From Polymyxa betae A26-41 (lineage: Eukaryota > Protista > Endomyxa: Phytomyxea): a DNA stretch of 64,000 bases. Shown here one piece after another: positions 23,984 to 35,900 of the stretch. Positions within the stretch are counted from its first letter, which is position 1, and each line of letters starts with the position of its first letter. A model generated the notes under the pieces. It worked only from the letters and a program-made list of their open reading frames with translations. It searched no databases and was not told the DNA's origin. The stretch spans positions 124,001 to 188,000 of the forward strand of contig RBZT01000499.1 in the NCBI GenBank assembly GCA_003693705.1, in the 5' to 3' direction. Position numbers and translations under genes: made by a program.

Positions 23984-25252
23984 CTAGTTAGCCTCCGGTA
24001 CTATTCTCAGGATACATCGTCCAATATTTCGACCTTCGAATATGGAGTTTAGCGCCTCGACAAAGCATCCGAGTCCACTGAACTCTGAATGCCGATATTT
24101 GATGGATCCGTTACGGATCCATTGTATCAACTGCTTACGAGCTTCTTCATAAAACTCCTCGAAATCTTCACACTTGAAACCTGGTGATAGTCAAATGTTA
24201 TTGATCAGATCCTTCAGAAGACAAACCTTCTAATCTGCTGCACTGATAGAGGAGTTGGAGATAGTTGCAAGGACCTTCAACATGATCCGAATTATACTGC
24301 GAAATGGCACCACAGAGGACAACGCGCCCATGACGTCCAAGGTTGGCTAATGCGGCATCCAAGATCTCACCACCGACATTGTCGAGATATACATTGACCC
24401 CTTCAATCCCTATCAGTTATTATATGAAGAATTCCGGTCAAAGTACCATCTGGACAAAGAGAGTCGATTTCCTCATCAAGGATGCAGCCATCTGCTTTGT
24501 AATTAATGGCTTCGTCGAATTTCAGTTCGTGTTTTAGATAATCGCATTTCTCATCAGATCCAGTGATGCCGATTACTTTGCATCCTTTCAGCTTAGCAAT
24601 TTGCCCTGCAACTGAGCCGACGGCTCCGGCGGCAGCCGATATCAGCACCAACTCCCCGCGTTTAGGCCGTCCGATTTTCAGAAGGCCTGAAGATTGTTGA
24701 GATCCTTGAAATGCAACGTATAGAAGCGAACCAAAATATGCTGTTAGGCCAGCAATTCCAAGAACGCTGATCCAACACTCAGGAGGAAAATCCAAACTAT
24801 TATCAATTCTCTCGACACCAAACGCATTACGAATAACAGCGACTTCCTGCAAGCCCAGGATACCAGCAACCAGGTCTCCTTCTGAAAACCCTTTAACTGT
24901 TGAGCAGGTTATTCTGCCAACTCCATAAGCCTTCAGGACCTACAGCAACGTTATAATAATTTGAAAACCGAATCGAGTGTTTACAGGTCCTAGAAGGGCG
25001 GAATCTGCATATTCGCCTTCCCGCAGCATGACGCGAAGAGCGGCATCGATCGATATGCACAGAACATTAACAGTAATAGCAGGTCCTGTCGGTTCTATAA
25101 TATCCACCTGGAGCCCAATAAACTTCCTTTGAAAAAGTTCAATCGCAGCGTACTTCTTCCAGACGGAAATTCTTGTGAGAAGGCAATCCCCGAGGCTGGC
25201 TAACCAGTACGATTCGGCGATTTCTGTACCGGCCCATAAATTGGTCGCTCAT
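23984..25252 (-). CDS. NADP-dependent alkenal/prostaglandin reductase (MDR family, PTGR1/CurA-like), spliced
   Basis: NRRIVLVSQPRGLP, GLTAYFG, ISAAAGAVGSVAGQIAK, YLDNVGGEILDAAL, VVLCGAISQYN; frame intact. Confidence 0.92.
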
Positions 25253-25566
25253 AAAGCGATAAACACAGAGGAATGGGATCTGTATACCAGAATTGGAGCA
25301 TTACCAGAATGAACGGCCACGAACATATCGTGATTATCGAATTGCCTATTCAATTGACTTCAAAACCAATGAATCGGTCGTTTGCGCACCATGACGCCAT
25401 CGCCCGCAGCTCCCTAATACTGTCTCAAATGGGCAGAGAACTGACAGAGTCAATACGGCTGCATTGCAAGAATTTTAAGCTAGCCTAATTGTCAAAGCTC
25501 GGTTAATAGTCAAACAATACGATATGTTATTTAATGAAGAAATTTTACAATCATATGAGGACGGAT

Positions 25567-26763
25567 TCACATCCTCCAACGATTACCACAATGCACACAT
25601 GTAATAAAGGTCGTCATAGGTTCATCAGCACTGCGTGTCTGCATCTGATAGAATGTGGTTTCTGATTTCTTACAGCGACCACATTTGAACATATCTGTGG
25701 CACCCATTCCTTTATTCTATAATCACAACATTTCAATAGAGAATAAACAAACTCGAAACAACAAACCAGGTCTGATCTCATCTCTTGTTTCGATTCTTGT
25801 TGACGATCTGCTCTCGACGCCTTCAGCTCTCTGCTGGCCATATCCTAATTCAAACATTCAGTAAATAGGCAACCAGTGGCACGAACAAGATCTACTTTGG
25901 AATCCATTCGAGCCAGCTCGCCTGGATTGATTTTCCCTTTGCAGATATCGGTAGCGAAATCGGGATTAGATTTGTCCTTCAAATTGAACATAATGGCTCG
26001 AAACTGATTCTTATACCCCTTCTGAGTATTTCCGAAATGACTAAACAGACCATCCTCGATTTGAACAGACACAAACATTCGATCATCTTCGCCTGCAATC
26101 CATAATTAATTCTGATACACATTTCCAACAGTCTGTGATTACTCGGAAGACCCAACAGACATCCAGCCAGCATTGACCTGATCTTATCTCGAACAGCATC
26201 GCCTGTCTTTACTTCATTAGCGCTTAGCTCTAAACGCAAACCAATATCAGAAGAGTTTTAAACAGCAAACGATCGCTTAATCATTACTAGATGCAGATGG
26301 CATTTTGGGCGTTATTGGCTCTGATCTGGGAGATTGAACGGCACTCGACGATGGCGACGCCGGCGCGCTAACCCCATCGGCAGACCCCGGGTGGTCTTTA
26401 GCCCTCAAATTGCTAACAAGGTTCTTCCATGACTTCACTAGCGATAAAGCCAGTGTTCGGATCTGTAAATTACCATGTTTTCTAAGGCGGCCGACTGTCA
26501 CACCTATGCCAGTTTGCTGGACGAAAGTCAGCAATAGATTCCGGGTTGGAGAAAAGACGAATTTGCTGCTATCCAGCAGTACTGGTTATGATATGAAATA
26601 AGTCATTATTAAAAATATAACGAACTTTCAGGGCGTCCAACTCCATGGTCTGTTTGCTCAGCAGTGTCAAAGTGGCCAGCGTCTCCTTATCGTTCGAGTC
26701 GAAAATGGCTGCAGCTAGCTCGCATTGCAGCTTGCCGATATCGGATTCTATATCTGTGGTCAT
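25567..26763 (-). CDS. TFIIS: Transcription elongation factor TFIIS, spliced
   Basis: N-terminal [19 protein letters not shown], central domain FNLKDKSNP, Zn ribbon [25 protein letters not shown]. Confidence 0.97.
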
Positions 26764-27623
26764 TGCGCCCGGTTATTGTCGGCGACAGATCGAAACCAGA
26801 TGCCGAACGAAGCGCGAATCTAACAGGACGAATGATCGAATCTGAAAGAGCAAATCTCCGTAGTCGCGCAGTATTTCCATCTCAAGAAAATTCATTTGGT
26901 TCTGTCTCTTCGATCTGGGAGAAAGTGCGTGGGCATTTGCACATTCCAGTGGCGCACATTTTACTTTTGGCACAGACAGTCAATCTGTCGGATGTACCTT
27001 ACCAGTGATATCCCTCATATAAGCCGGCAACGAATGAAACCAACGAATGCAAAGTTCTGCACAGGCTCTGTGCGATCAGTTTTCATTCTTTTATACGATG
27101 ACATTCCTCCACATAAGATCCGTTTTTTTTTTCAGTCTGTGTCATTAGATTAAACCATAGAACGAAGCAATTATCTTACAAAGTTTGCAAAGTTTATGGG
27201 GTATCAGATCTTATATATAACATCTGGATTTGATGATTACATGCAACACTTTAAAGAAGACAAAACTGTCTGTAAATCTCTGCTTGTTTACATCATAACT
27301 TCGTCTTATACTGCAAAGGGAAACGGCCAAATCCGCACTTCATCTGAAATCACATAAAACTCGAGTTGACTTCAATGCGTGCTTTCTGTTTTAATGGCAA
27401 CCGTTAGATAAAGAGTTATTCGACATCGCTGGAATTGTCTGAGTTGAAAAGATTCCAAACAACATTAATATGATATTGCAAATACAACTCGAGGTTCTTC
27501 AGGTGTAGTTCTAGATGACCAGCATCTTTTCAATGAAATAGCTGGGAGCTACGAAGTTTACGAGTTATTATGTTATTAAATGACGATAACAGGAAGTGGA
27601 TGCCAGCGACTGTGATAAGAGTC

Positions 27624-27640
27624 TTAGGGTTTAGGGTTTT
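27624..27640 (+). repeat. Interstitial telomere-like repeat (TTAGGGTTTAGGGTTTT) just upstream of the 14-3-3 ATG
   Basis: Direct reading; about 50 bp upstream of the ATG at 27688. Confidence 0.7.
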
Positions 27641-27687
27641 GATGCTTCTATGGTGCTGTCCATTGCGGATTTGGCTCTGGAAGACAC

Positions 27688-28796
27688 ATGTCGTCTGTCT
27701 CATTGGATGATTTACTCTTTCAAGCGAAGCTCGCCGAACATGCCGAGCGGTGACCGGAATTTAGGCGCTTTGGCTGCGATCTGATGCTAGTTTAGATATG
27801 ATGAAATGGCCGATATTATGAAGCGTCTTGTGCTTAGCAAGGTTGAGCCGTTGAACGACGAGGAACGGGCCATCTTTGCCATCGCGTTCAAGAATGTAAG
27901 CGGTGAACGGCGTGCTGCTTGGAGGAAGATCTATTCGATTGAAAGACAGGAGACGGATCGTCTGGATTCATCTGGGCAGACAATGGGTGATGGTGATAAA
28001 GATCAACAGCAACCATCAATGCATAGATTAGCTCTTATTCGACAGTATAAATCGCATATTGAGAATGAATTAACATTCATATGTACTCAGGTCGGTGATT
28101 TGATGTCATTCGATTGTCTGTAAATCCATTTCATCAGGTTCTGAATATTCTCTATGATCATCTAATCCCACTCGAAGATCCGAACTTACATCTGCTGTTA
28201 AAGTCGGCCATGTCTCAGCAGGTCTCAATCAGTGTCAGTTCGCTGGCTTCAATCGAAGAGGCTGACAAGACCACCGAAACCGTTGTCACTCAAGTTCGTC
28301 GAAAGTTTCAAGGCAAATCTCACAACAATGTTCACTGTTCTTTTAGGTGCTTACAGACCCGTCGAAAGCTTCCGAACCTGGCAAGGTGTCAAATAAAGAA
28401 TCACTCGTGTTCTGGTACAAGATGGCGGGCGATTACAGACGTTTCCTGACCGAATTCCTAACGGATGGTTCCGAGATGAGAGACAAAGAGATGCAGAAGG
28501 CGCTGGAGGCGTACGTAATCGCCGCATCCATCGCCAAGGCGTATCTGCCTCCAAGCCATCCAATTAGGCTCGGTCTAGCTCTGAACTTTTCAGTGTTCTA
28601 TTACGAGATCTTGCAGATGAGGACATTGGCCTGTCGCCTGGCTGAGAACTCATTCAATGAGGCTGTCGCTGATATAGACCAGCTTGATGAGAAACTGTAT
28701 CAGGATTCATTGCTGGTAATGCAGCTATTGAAGGATAATCTCAAGAACTGGACCGCTGCTGATCAGGATCAATCCGATTCTGATGTTGTTCGATAA
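27688..28796 (+). CDS. Divergent 14-3-3 protein with internal insertion, spliced
   Basis: AKLAEHAERYDEM, AFKNVSGERRAAWR, KMAGDYRRF, PSHPIRLGLALNFSVFYYEI, YQDSLLVMQLLKDNL. Confidence 0.95.
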
Positions 28797-29032
28797 ATAT
28801 CATGTTCGATGCTCCTACTTTAATTTCAGTCGTTTCCTTGCAGCGGGGCTATCTCGCTCTTTCTATTAAGGTCATAATACTACATATCTGGTTGCTAGTA
28901 GAAATGAGCTCTCAACCCCGAAGTTGGCACTAATTCAATCATAATGCATACTCAATCGGCTAAAAATGAAACAGGAATAGATTATTTACTATGTATCAGT
29001 GGATAAATATAAATAAGTTAATACAATGAAGT

Positions 29033-32000
29033 TCAGAATTTGCCCTCGAAGATTCTAGCGATACGTTCGTATCTCTTCCTCTCCTCAGTAGATCCTACTA
29101 AACGGCCCATTTGCGGTCTCGGTTTTGGAGGAAGAGGTGGAAGGCCGACTGTTGTTCTTGGAGACAGATCACGAGCAGATCTTCTTGACATGCGGATTCC
29201 AGAGTCAACATCATCACCATCTGATTGATATGAAATAGAATCTGATACATGACCAGGTGAAGACTCTCGAGATGTAACCGGACTGGTCGAGTACGACAGA
29301 TTCACACGACGCCGTAATAACGAGCTGGATTTGACAGGGCTTGTTGAACACGACCTAACTACTGAGGTATTGTCGCATGCAGAGACATCATTGAGACCAA
29401 CAGATTCAAACGGTGTCTCATAGTCTGATGACGAGTGAATCACATCGCCATCATTTTGGACTTGAGTCGTGATAAGAAGCTCGGCGTTACTGGGATCTGG
29501 AAGCACACGGATTGGGGACAAAGCCACTTCGCGGACGTTAGGAGCAACTTCTTGCTGCGACTTCCATTCAGACTTTGGTGATGATATTGGAGGTCCCAAC
29601 TTCGAGTCTGTAGGTGATTGGTCTTCATGTGTTGGAAAGGTGAGAATCTGATCATCGAGGTCGGATTCATCGGCTGATGCGGTATCGTGAGAGTTTCCAA
29701 TCATCTGATCTGGTTGGTTGGCGAGAAGGACGCTTTCAGTTTCTGATGAGTTATCAGACCCTTGTTGATCGCCGACCACATTGTTTTCATTTGGCTTCAT
29801 GTGAACAATTTCCGGATTAGTATGAAGTTCAGGCGTATTCTGAAGGTCGTAATGGCTATCATCTTGAGCAATGGAGGCATCAACGTTGATGGAATTCTGC
29901 GGTAATAGATCATTTTCGACTTCATCTAAGCCATGACCATCATAATCTGATTCAGAAATGGAAACTGCCTGGTCGTGTTCAAGAGGTATCGAGTCTGCCT
30001 GTTCCTCATCCGGAACAGGCGCACCTTCCGCTATCATATCACCTTCAATTTCAGGCACTTCGTTTTGGCGATAAATCGGCGGCTTAGGTGGCAAATCGAT
30101 ATTCGAAATCACGACGTCTATAATGTCCCTCTCGAAAGCATCAACGGACGCCTCCCGATCAGAAACTCGTGAATGTTCCAGTACAATAGTGTGCGCATCA
30201 TCCATCGTATCCATAATATTGATCAATATTCGAGTAGGTGACGGCAGCCTAATTGGAGATGAAGCCGCTCTTTTCGGTGAGCGAACAGGTCTGCCTGGAG
30301 ATTTAACAGGTGAAGAAGGAGCTCTGCCTGGGGATTTAACAGGTGAAGCAGCTCTGCCTGGAGATTTAGCAGGTGAAGAAGGAGCTCTGCCTGGAGATTT
30401 AACAGGAGAAGCAGGAGATCTGGTTGACGATTCCGTAGGCAACGAAGAGCGCTTACCTGGTGATCTAGATGTCGCTGAAACCTCAATTGGATTATCTGCA
30501 GATGACGGCGGTCCTATTGTGGGTGATGCATCTCTGTTATCTTCAGATGACAGTGGTCTTATTGTGAGTGATGCATCTCTATCTGGTTGAGGTAAAGGCC
30601 CGGAAGGTATCCGAATGGATGACGGTTTGGTCATTGTTGGATTTGGGGTGAATATCATTGCAGATCGGAGTCTTGTTCCAGCTCGATCATATTCACTATT
30701 CGTTGGCAGTGATTGTGATTGGAAATTCTCCAATCGAGTTTTAACCTTGTCGAGCTCTTTCATTTTCAAACTGAGATCTTGTATGGTTGCAGATGGACGT
30801 CTATATGAGTTCTTAATATCACCGATTTCTTTCAATTTCAGGTTGACATCCTCCATCGTCACGTTTGGGTCAGTATAACTGGTCGGTGTATATGAGAAAT
30901 CCTGTACTGGGGCATAGTCCAGATCGGAGAGAAAAGTCGATGCAGAAAAGCGAAACGAATCCGGCGTAATTGGATCCATTTGTGTAGCATCAGAAATGGA
31001 GCGTTCAGGAGGTGGTTCGAAATCGGGCTGTGGTTCACGAATAGCTGCTATGGGCATCTCTAATTGAGCTTCACAAAGTGCCGATAACATAATCTCATTA
31101 GGAAGGATCTTCACTAACAGATGACCGATACATTGATTGGAATCACTGATGATATCGAGCCATTCTAGAATGCCGTTTTCTGCTGTCGCAACAGTTAACT
31201 TTCGAAGAGAGAACCTGGCTCGGCCTAAGCAATAATCCAGCTTAGGCTCATCATTCGATCGATAATGTAACGAAAATAAGAGAGTCTTCTGCAAGAGTTC
31301 TATCGGGGTCGGAAGGGCCTGAACCATTACTGAATACAAGCGAAGAAATGACGATGTGATAAATTTAAACCTTGGAATTTAGTCGTACACGAGATTTCCA
31401 GTTGGGATGGCTACAGCCTGGAATAAGGTGTGTTGTACTAAGTCCAGATTGATGTGGTGATGAAGGTAGCGGATCGAAGGCGAACTTCACATATAGAGAT
31501 CCGGTAAAGAGATTCGGATCACTCAGATTAGCGGCTTGTTGACATTCAATGGTAAGACAGCTTTCTTCTAACGAAGGAACCAACTCAGAGTTATTGAAGT
31601 CGTGTTTCGCCATAGATTCCAATTGATCGCGATCTCGACTAATCGATATGGAACTGTGAGTTTCATAACGATGAGGGGATCCATCGTCGTGTCGGCGACC
31701 AACAGATTCTGGAGACATGGAAGAGCTTCTGGCATTGTCTCCAACAATATCAAACTTTGATTCACGAACGGGCTCAACCATCAGATCAGAGGTATTATCA
31801 GCATCTTTGTGCCTTTTAGATATCGGATCAATATTGCCGGGAAGACGTTTCCGGCATAAAAATCCACGAACAACCCGCTGAATGGGAACAGCAGCACGCC
31901 ATAGCTCGCCCAGAAACGACATCTGAGAGAGCGATCCCAAGGCCAGCATAACCGATAATCGACCAACAGTTTGATTGGAAATCACATCACGAGCTTCTAT

Positions 32001-33404
32001 GTCGCCACTGAACCCGCAGAGTCTCAGAGCTGCGAATACATCGCCACCGGACGCTTCCTTACAAAACCCGCCCTGATTCAAAGATGGCAGGATGCGATCC
32101 AGCCGAATCTTGGCGATACCAAGCAGGCGGGAATGCTGGTCCTCCCGGGGTCGTGGGGACGAACACGTCCAGAATTCCAGGACTAACAGAGATGTCTTGA
32201 GATGATCGTAGAATTGCTGTGAGTACAGACGCGGGATCTGTCCGAGATGATCAAACGACGGACACCATCTATCAGATGATGGGACAGTACGATGGCGGGT
32301 CTGACCCGGGAACGCCTGGTACGATACAAACAGGTACCGCTGGCGCTGTGGCAACGGCAACGTCACGACCGCCGACCGAATACCGACCTGAACGATCACG
32401 AGATCACCAGGTCGTGCAGCCAGCTCAGGGAGGTCGTCGATCGGGGCGGGTATGTCGATGGGCTCGGGGGCGGGTTCAGGGGCAACCTGAACCACGCCTT
32501 GAGCGATTCGTGGCGTGGGTGGCCGGTCGTACTGGACCGCATCCGCAGCGTCGGATGAAGGTTCGAGTTGGCGTCCCTCATCACGGAGCAGCAGCTCGAA
32601 TTTCAACGTGCATCGATGTTGTCGATTTCGGCTAATCAGCTCGGTCTCGCGTCCGATGCTGCCCTGACCGGAATCCAGCAGACGGTACAGCGATAGGAAC
32701 CCGGACATACTGGCCCATTTTGGTTTCGATGGCAGCTGGCCTTCACATTCACATTTCACCGTGAACTGAATGTAATTGTCTTGAGCTTCAAATATCGATT
32801 TCGGCAAAGTCAACGAGAATGCCTCGTCGATCTGGAACAGACATTTGGATTGAAAAAATTTCGGTGAAAGTGAGGAGACAGCTGAGCCTCGAATGTTCTT
32901 CTGATTCGGTATGGTGAAGGAAACATTCACTGTTGGGCGTGATGATGCGAATGGAAATCTTCGATCAAAGACGATCTGGGAAAGCGTCAGACGAGCGGCG
33001 ATCATCGGTTGTTCGAGGCCCCCGATATCAATCAGTGCCTGTCGAGCATCGTCTTGGGCTTGACGAATCTCCTGCAGCGATTGTCGCTTTCGTTGGCGAG
33101 CTACGGCGACTGCATCGGCGCCTTCCTGATCGAAGAACAGATTCGCAAAAAGAACTTCGGGGTCGGTGGCACCATCGGGAACGTTCCCGAGTACGTCCAA
33201 CTCCAGGGTCGTACTGGAGCCAGGTCGATTGCAGTCGCCCAGGTCCATGCTGGACGCCAGATCCATGCGATCACGTAGGAGACGGCCTCGGGCGATCAGG
33301 CGCGAGATTTCGTCGTCATGGTCGTCGTCCTGATCCGGCTGACCGGGAACCAACGAATCCTTGCTACGTCGTCGTGTCCTTTTCAGGACCGAGGCCGACT
33401 CCAT
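29033..33404 (-). CDS. C2CD3: C2CD3-like multi-C2-domain centriolar protein, 2 large exons
   Basis: Several C2-like segments, an IQ-like motif (IQRVVRGFLCRK), a long Ser/Pro-rich tail and C-terminal ERIARIF, which resembles the C2CD3 C-terminus as I recall it. Confidence 0.7.
30291..30420 (-). repeat. Coding minisatellite, four 30-33 nt units encoding SP(V/A)KSPGRA(P)S
   Basis: CTGCCTGG(A/G)GATTTA(A/G)CAGG(T/A)GAAG repeated 4 times. Confidence 0.9.
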
Positions 33405-33484
33405 AATCGCATAGTGCAGGACACGACGAGCAACAATGAGAGTGGCGGACCTCCCATCTACAGGCAACTGCCGTCATACTTACA

Positions 33485-33506
33485 CCCTAAACCCTAAAAC
33501 CCTAAA
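33485..33506 (-). repeat. Interstitial telomere-like repeat CCCTAAACCCTAAAACCCTAAA upstream of the C2CD3-like gene
   Basis: Three units of CCCTAAA(A), about 80 bp upstream of the ATG at 33404. Confidence 0.8.
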
Positions 33507-33595
33507 TCTTGCTGACTATGGCCATTCAGTTACCTACGACGATGGACTGCTCCGAGTGAGAAAATGAAACCACGACAGTCTGAATTAATGATGTA

Positions 33596-34642
33596 TTATC
33601 GTTTTCGGAGTCGGCGGTTCCATCGCTGAGGGTCTCTATTATTGCCGCTTTGAATATCTCCAATTAGTGCAGCCTCAATGGCGATAATCAAAATTTTCCC
33701 CAAATCGCGGGTTTTATCGGATCCGGATGAAAACTGGTGATCTGCATTTTCCCAACGATCTGTGTCTTCGACATACCTTGAAAAGCGATCATCTCCTCGA
33801 TAAGCGAATAAGCATCGTTCTAAGGTGAATAGGGCTAATGTTTGTGAAGGTGAGATTGATCGAATACATTTCCAGGAATCCTGATTATAAACATATACTT
33901 GATCTGATAATGAATCTAGATCGACGTCTGTATATCCTCCAGCTATCACCAAACTGTTCTCCCATACTGTAAAGGCCATTGATTCACATTGAATCGGTGC
34001 GTCATCAGCCTGCTTCCATTCATTTCTCACAAGATCGTATTTGTCAACGTTAGCAGTTGGCGGAGATGGTTCTCCTTCTTCATCGTCATATACACAACAG
34101 CCACCACAGACAGCAATCGTTTGATGAATACGACCAGCTGCACCATTGATATGAAGTTGAGGCATGCGGCCACACTTACGCCAAACTCCTAATTTTCTTG
34201 AGTATATGAGCATAGATTCCGGTCCAACAATGCATAATTCTTCATTGTTTAATGGCATGCATGCGATTACATGGGATATCTGAGAAGGAATAACCACCAT
34301 TCTTCTCCAGCTCTGAGATTTAGGCTGAAACTGATATATAACATTAGACCGATCAGCACAAACGCAAACAACAATAAGATGCCGATTAAAGATTGCAACA
34401 GAGCGTGCTGATAGCATGGACTTTCTTACAGGAGGTAAACTACAGCGTCGTTGGAGAAATGGATCAATAATTGAGACGTTGATTTGTTCAGAGCTGTCAA
34501 TCTTCACTAAAACCGGCCGCTGGCGCCATTTGTGCACAGCGGCATGCATGAATCGTTGAGCAACCAACGCCAGCCGGATGGCATCTCTTGTTGTCAGAAA
34601 CGAGATGGCCTTGGTCAATATGGGGTCTGAAAGTCGATCCAT
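33596..34642 (-). CDS. F-box/Kelch-repeat protein (intronless)
   Basis: F-box-like N-terminus (LSDPILTKAISFL...LALVAQRF) and Kelch repeats (AVCGG, YDLVRNEW, VIAGGY). Confidence 0.8.
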   Translation of the reverse strand: MDRLSDPILTKAISFLTTRDAIRLALVAQRFMHAAVHKWRQRPVLVKIDSSEQINVSIIDPFLQRRCSLPPVRKSMLSARSVAIFNRHLIVVCVCADRSNVIYQFQPKSQSWRRMVVIPSQISHVIACMPLNNEELCIVGPESMLIYSRKLGVWRKCGRMPQLHINGAAGRIHQTIAVCGGCCVYDDEEGEPSPPTANVDKYDLVRNEWKQADDAPIQCESMAFTVWENSLVIAGGYTDVDLDSLSDQVYVYNQDSWKCIRSISPSQTLALFTLERCLFAYRGDDRFSRYVEDTDRWENADHQFSSGSDKTRDLGKILIIAIEAALIGDIQSGNNRDPQRWNRRLRKR

Positions 34643-34861
34643 GATACTGGCGTGACATTAGAACATTGAGGGTGAACTGCAACTACCCTTTAAATAATGA
34701 GACAGCTGACACAGGAAGGCACGGCCTCTGCAAACCACTTTGGCGCTTCTGTCGAATTCTCTCGCTCATACCATTTGCGAGAAAATGACAAAACGTCGGA
34801 TTTTTTCCAACATTTTTTTAGCTGAATTTTGTTGCGCCACGTTTCATTTGCTTGGAGCGTC

Positions 34862-35665
34862 ATGTTGAGATCGATCTCAAGGTTAGTTCAAGCTCAAAGA
34901 TGCTATTTAGGTCGACAAGCGACATGTTTATTTGCGTCGCATCGTCTGGTTCATAACAAAGTCGGACCATCCACAGCTGTATCTGCTACAATCCCGAGAA
35001 CATCAGCAACTGTCCAACCGCTGGAATCTGCTTCTGAGAATGCTATGTGCATAACCGATGATGACTACAACGAAGCCATGCAGAATCTGAAATCGATCGG
35101 TGTAGATCCTGTTCTTAACTCGGCTTTGCAAAAATGGTCCAAGCTGGAATCCCATGGCAAGCCTTATATCCGACCAGAGATTCTTAACGAATGGAAAAAG
35201 AGTGTAGTTTTTGAGTGAGTTTACATATATCAAAAGACGTCTGTTCAGGTCCAGCTGTCTCTTAGGTTTGTAAATCGGCTTTGTGATGCAAAATTTGTCG
35301 AAAGGACGAAAACGAGCGAGTCGCTATCTATAGAAATCGATAAGATCTTGGTGACATCTGCATTGGCACTATCTACATCTGAAGACGAATGTGTGACAAT
35401 TCTATGCCCTGGTGCTCCTCATATTGGAGTCCAGCATGAAGCTGATGGAATCAAATACACGCTACAGCATCGCGCCTTTTGCAAGAACAAAGAAGGCAAT
35501 TATTGCCTAAAATTAATCTGGAAGGGTCATGATGAGAAAAGAACTCTATACGAAAGCAATGCTGAATTGGATAGTAATAATGTAATGTGGGCAGGCACGC
35601 TTGACGAACTTTTCAATATGGCCGACTTCGGTGACTTCGAATCTGATCAGAACTCTGCGGTATAA
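34862..35665 (+). CDS. Hypothetical, probably mitochondrial protein, 2 exons
   Basis: Presequence-like MLRSISRLVQAQRCYLGR; two ORFs joined by a short intron near 35200-35250. Confidence 0.55.
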
Positions 35666-35900
35666 ATACGTTGGACAAGATCACTGTTCGATACCCATGG
35701 CCAGTTTAATCCATGTATATTGTCTTACAAATAACTTAATCAGAAATATTGTTCAACATGATCGTTGTGAATGCTGTATTAATTAAAGGGGTCCAGGATA
35801 AACAATGACGCTAACAACCAATTCAATGATAACCTGTTTCATACTTAACTGTTCTCTATTAATGATAATGCTACATTCAAACCACGAGGATGTTCTATCT

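Noticed and set aside
30291-30420. CRISPR-like 30-33 nt repeats
   Set aside because: No spacers, in-frame coding tandem repeat, eukaryotic context and no cas genes.
32050-33400. Locally GC-rich segment suggesting foreign DNA
   Set aside because: It lies wholly within the continuous C2CD3-like ORF and has no mobile-element hallmarks.
33485-33506. Chromosome end or fusion site
   Set aside because: Only three repeat units, flanked by ordinary genes.
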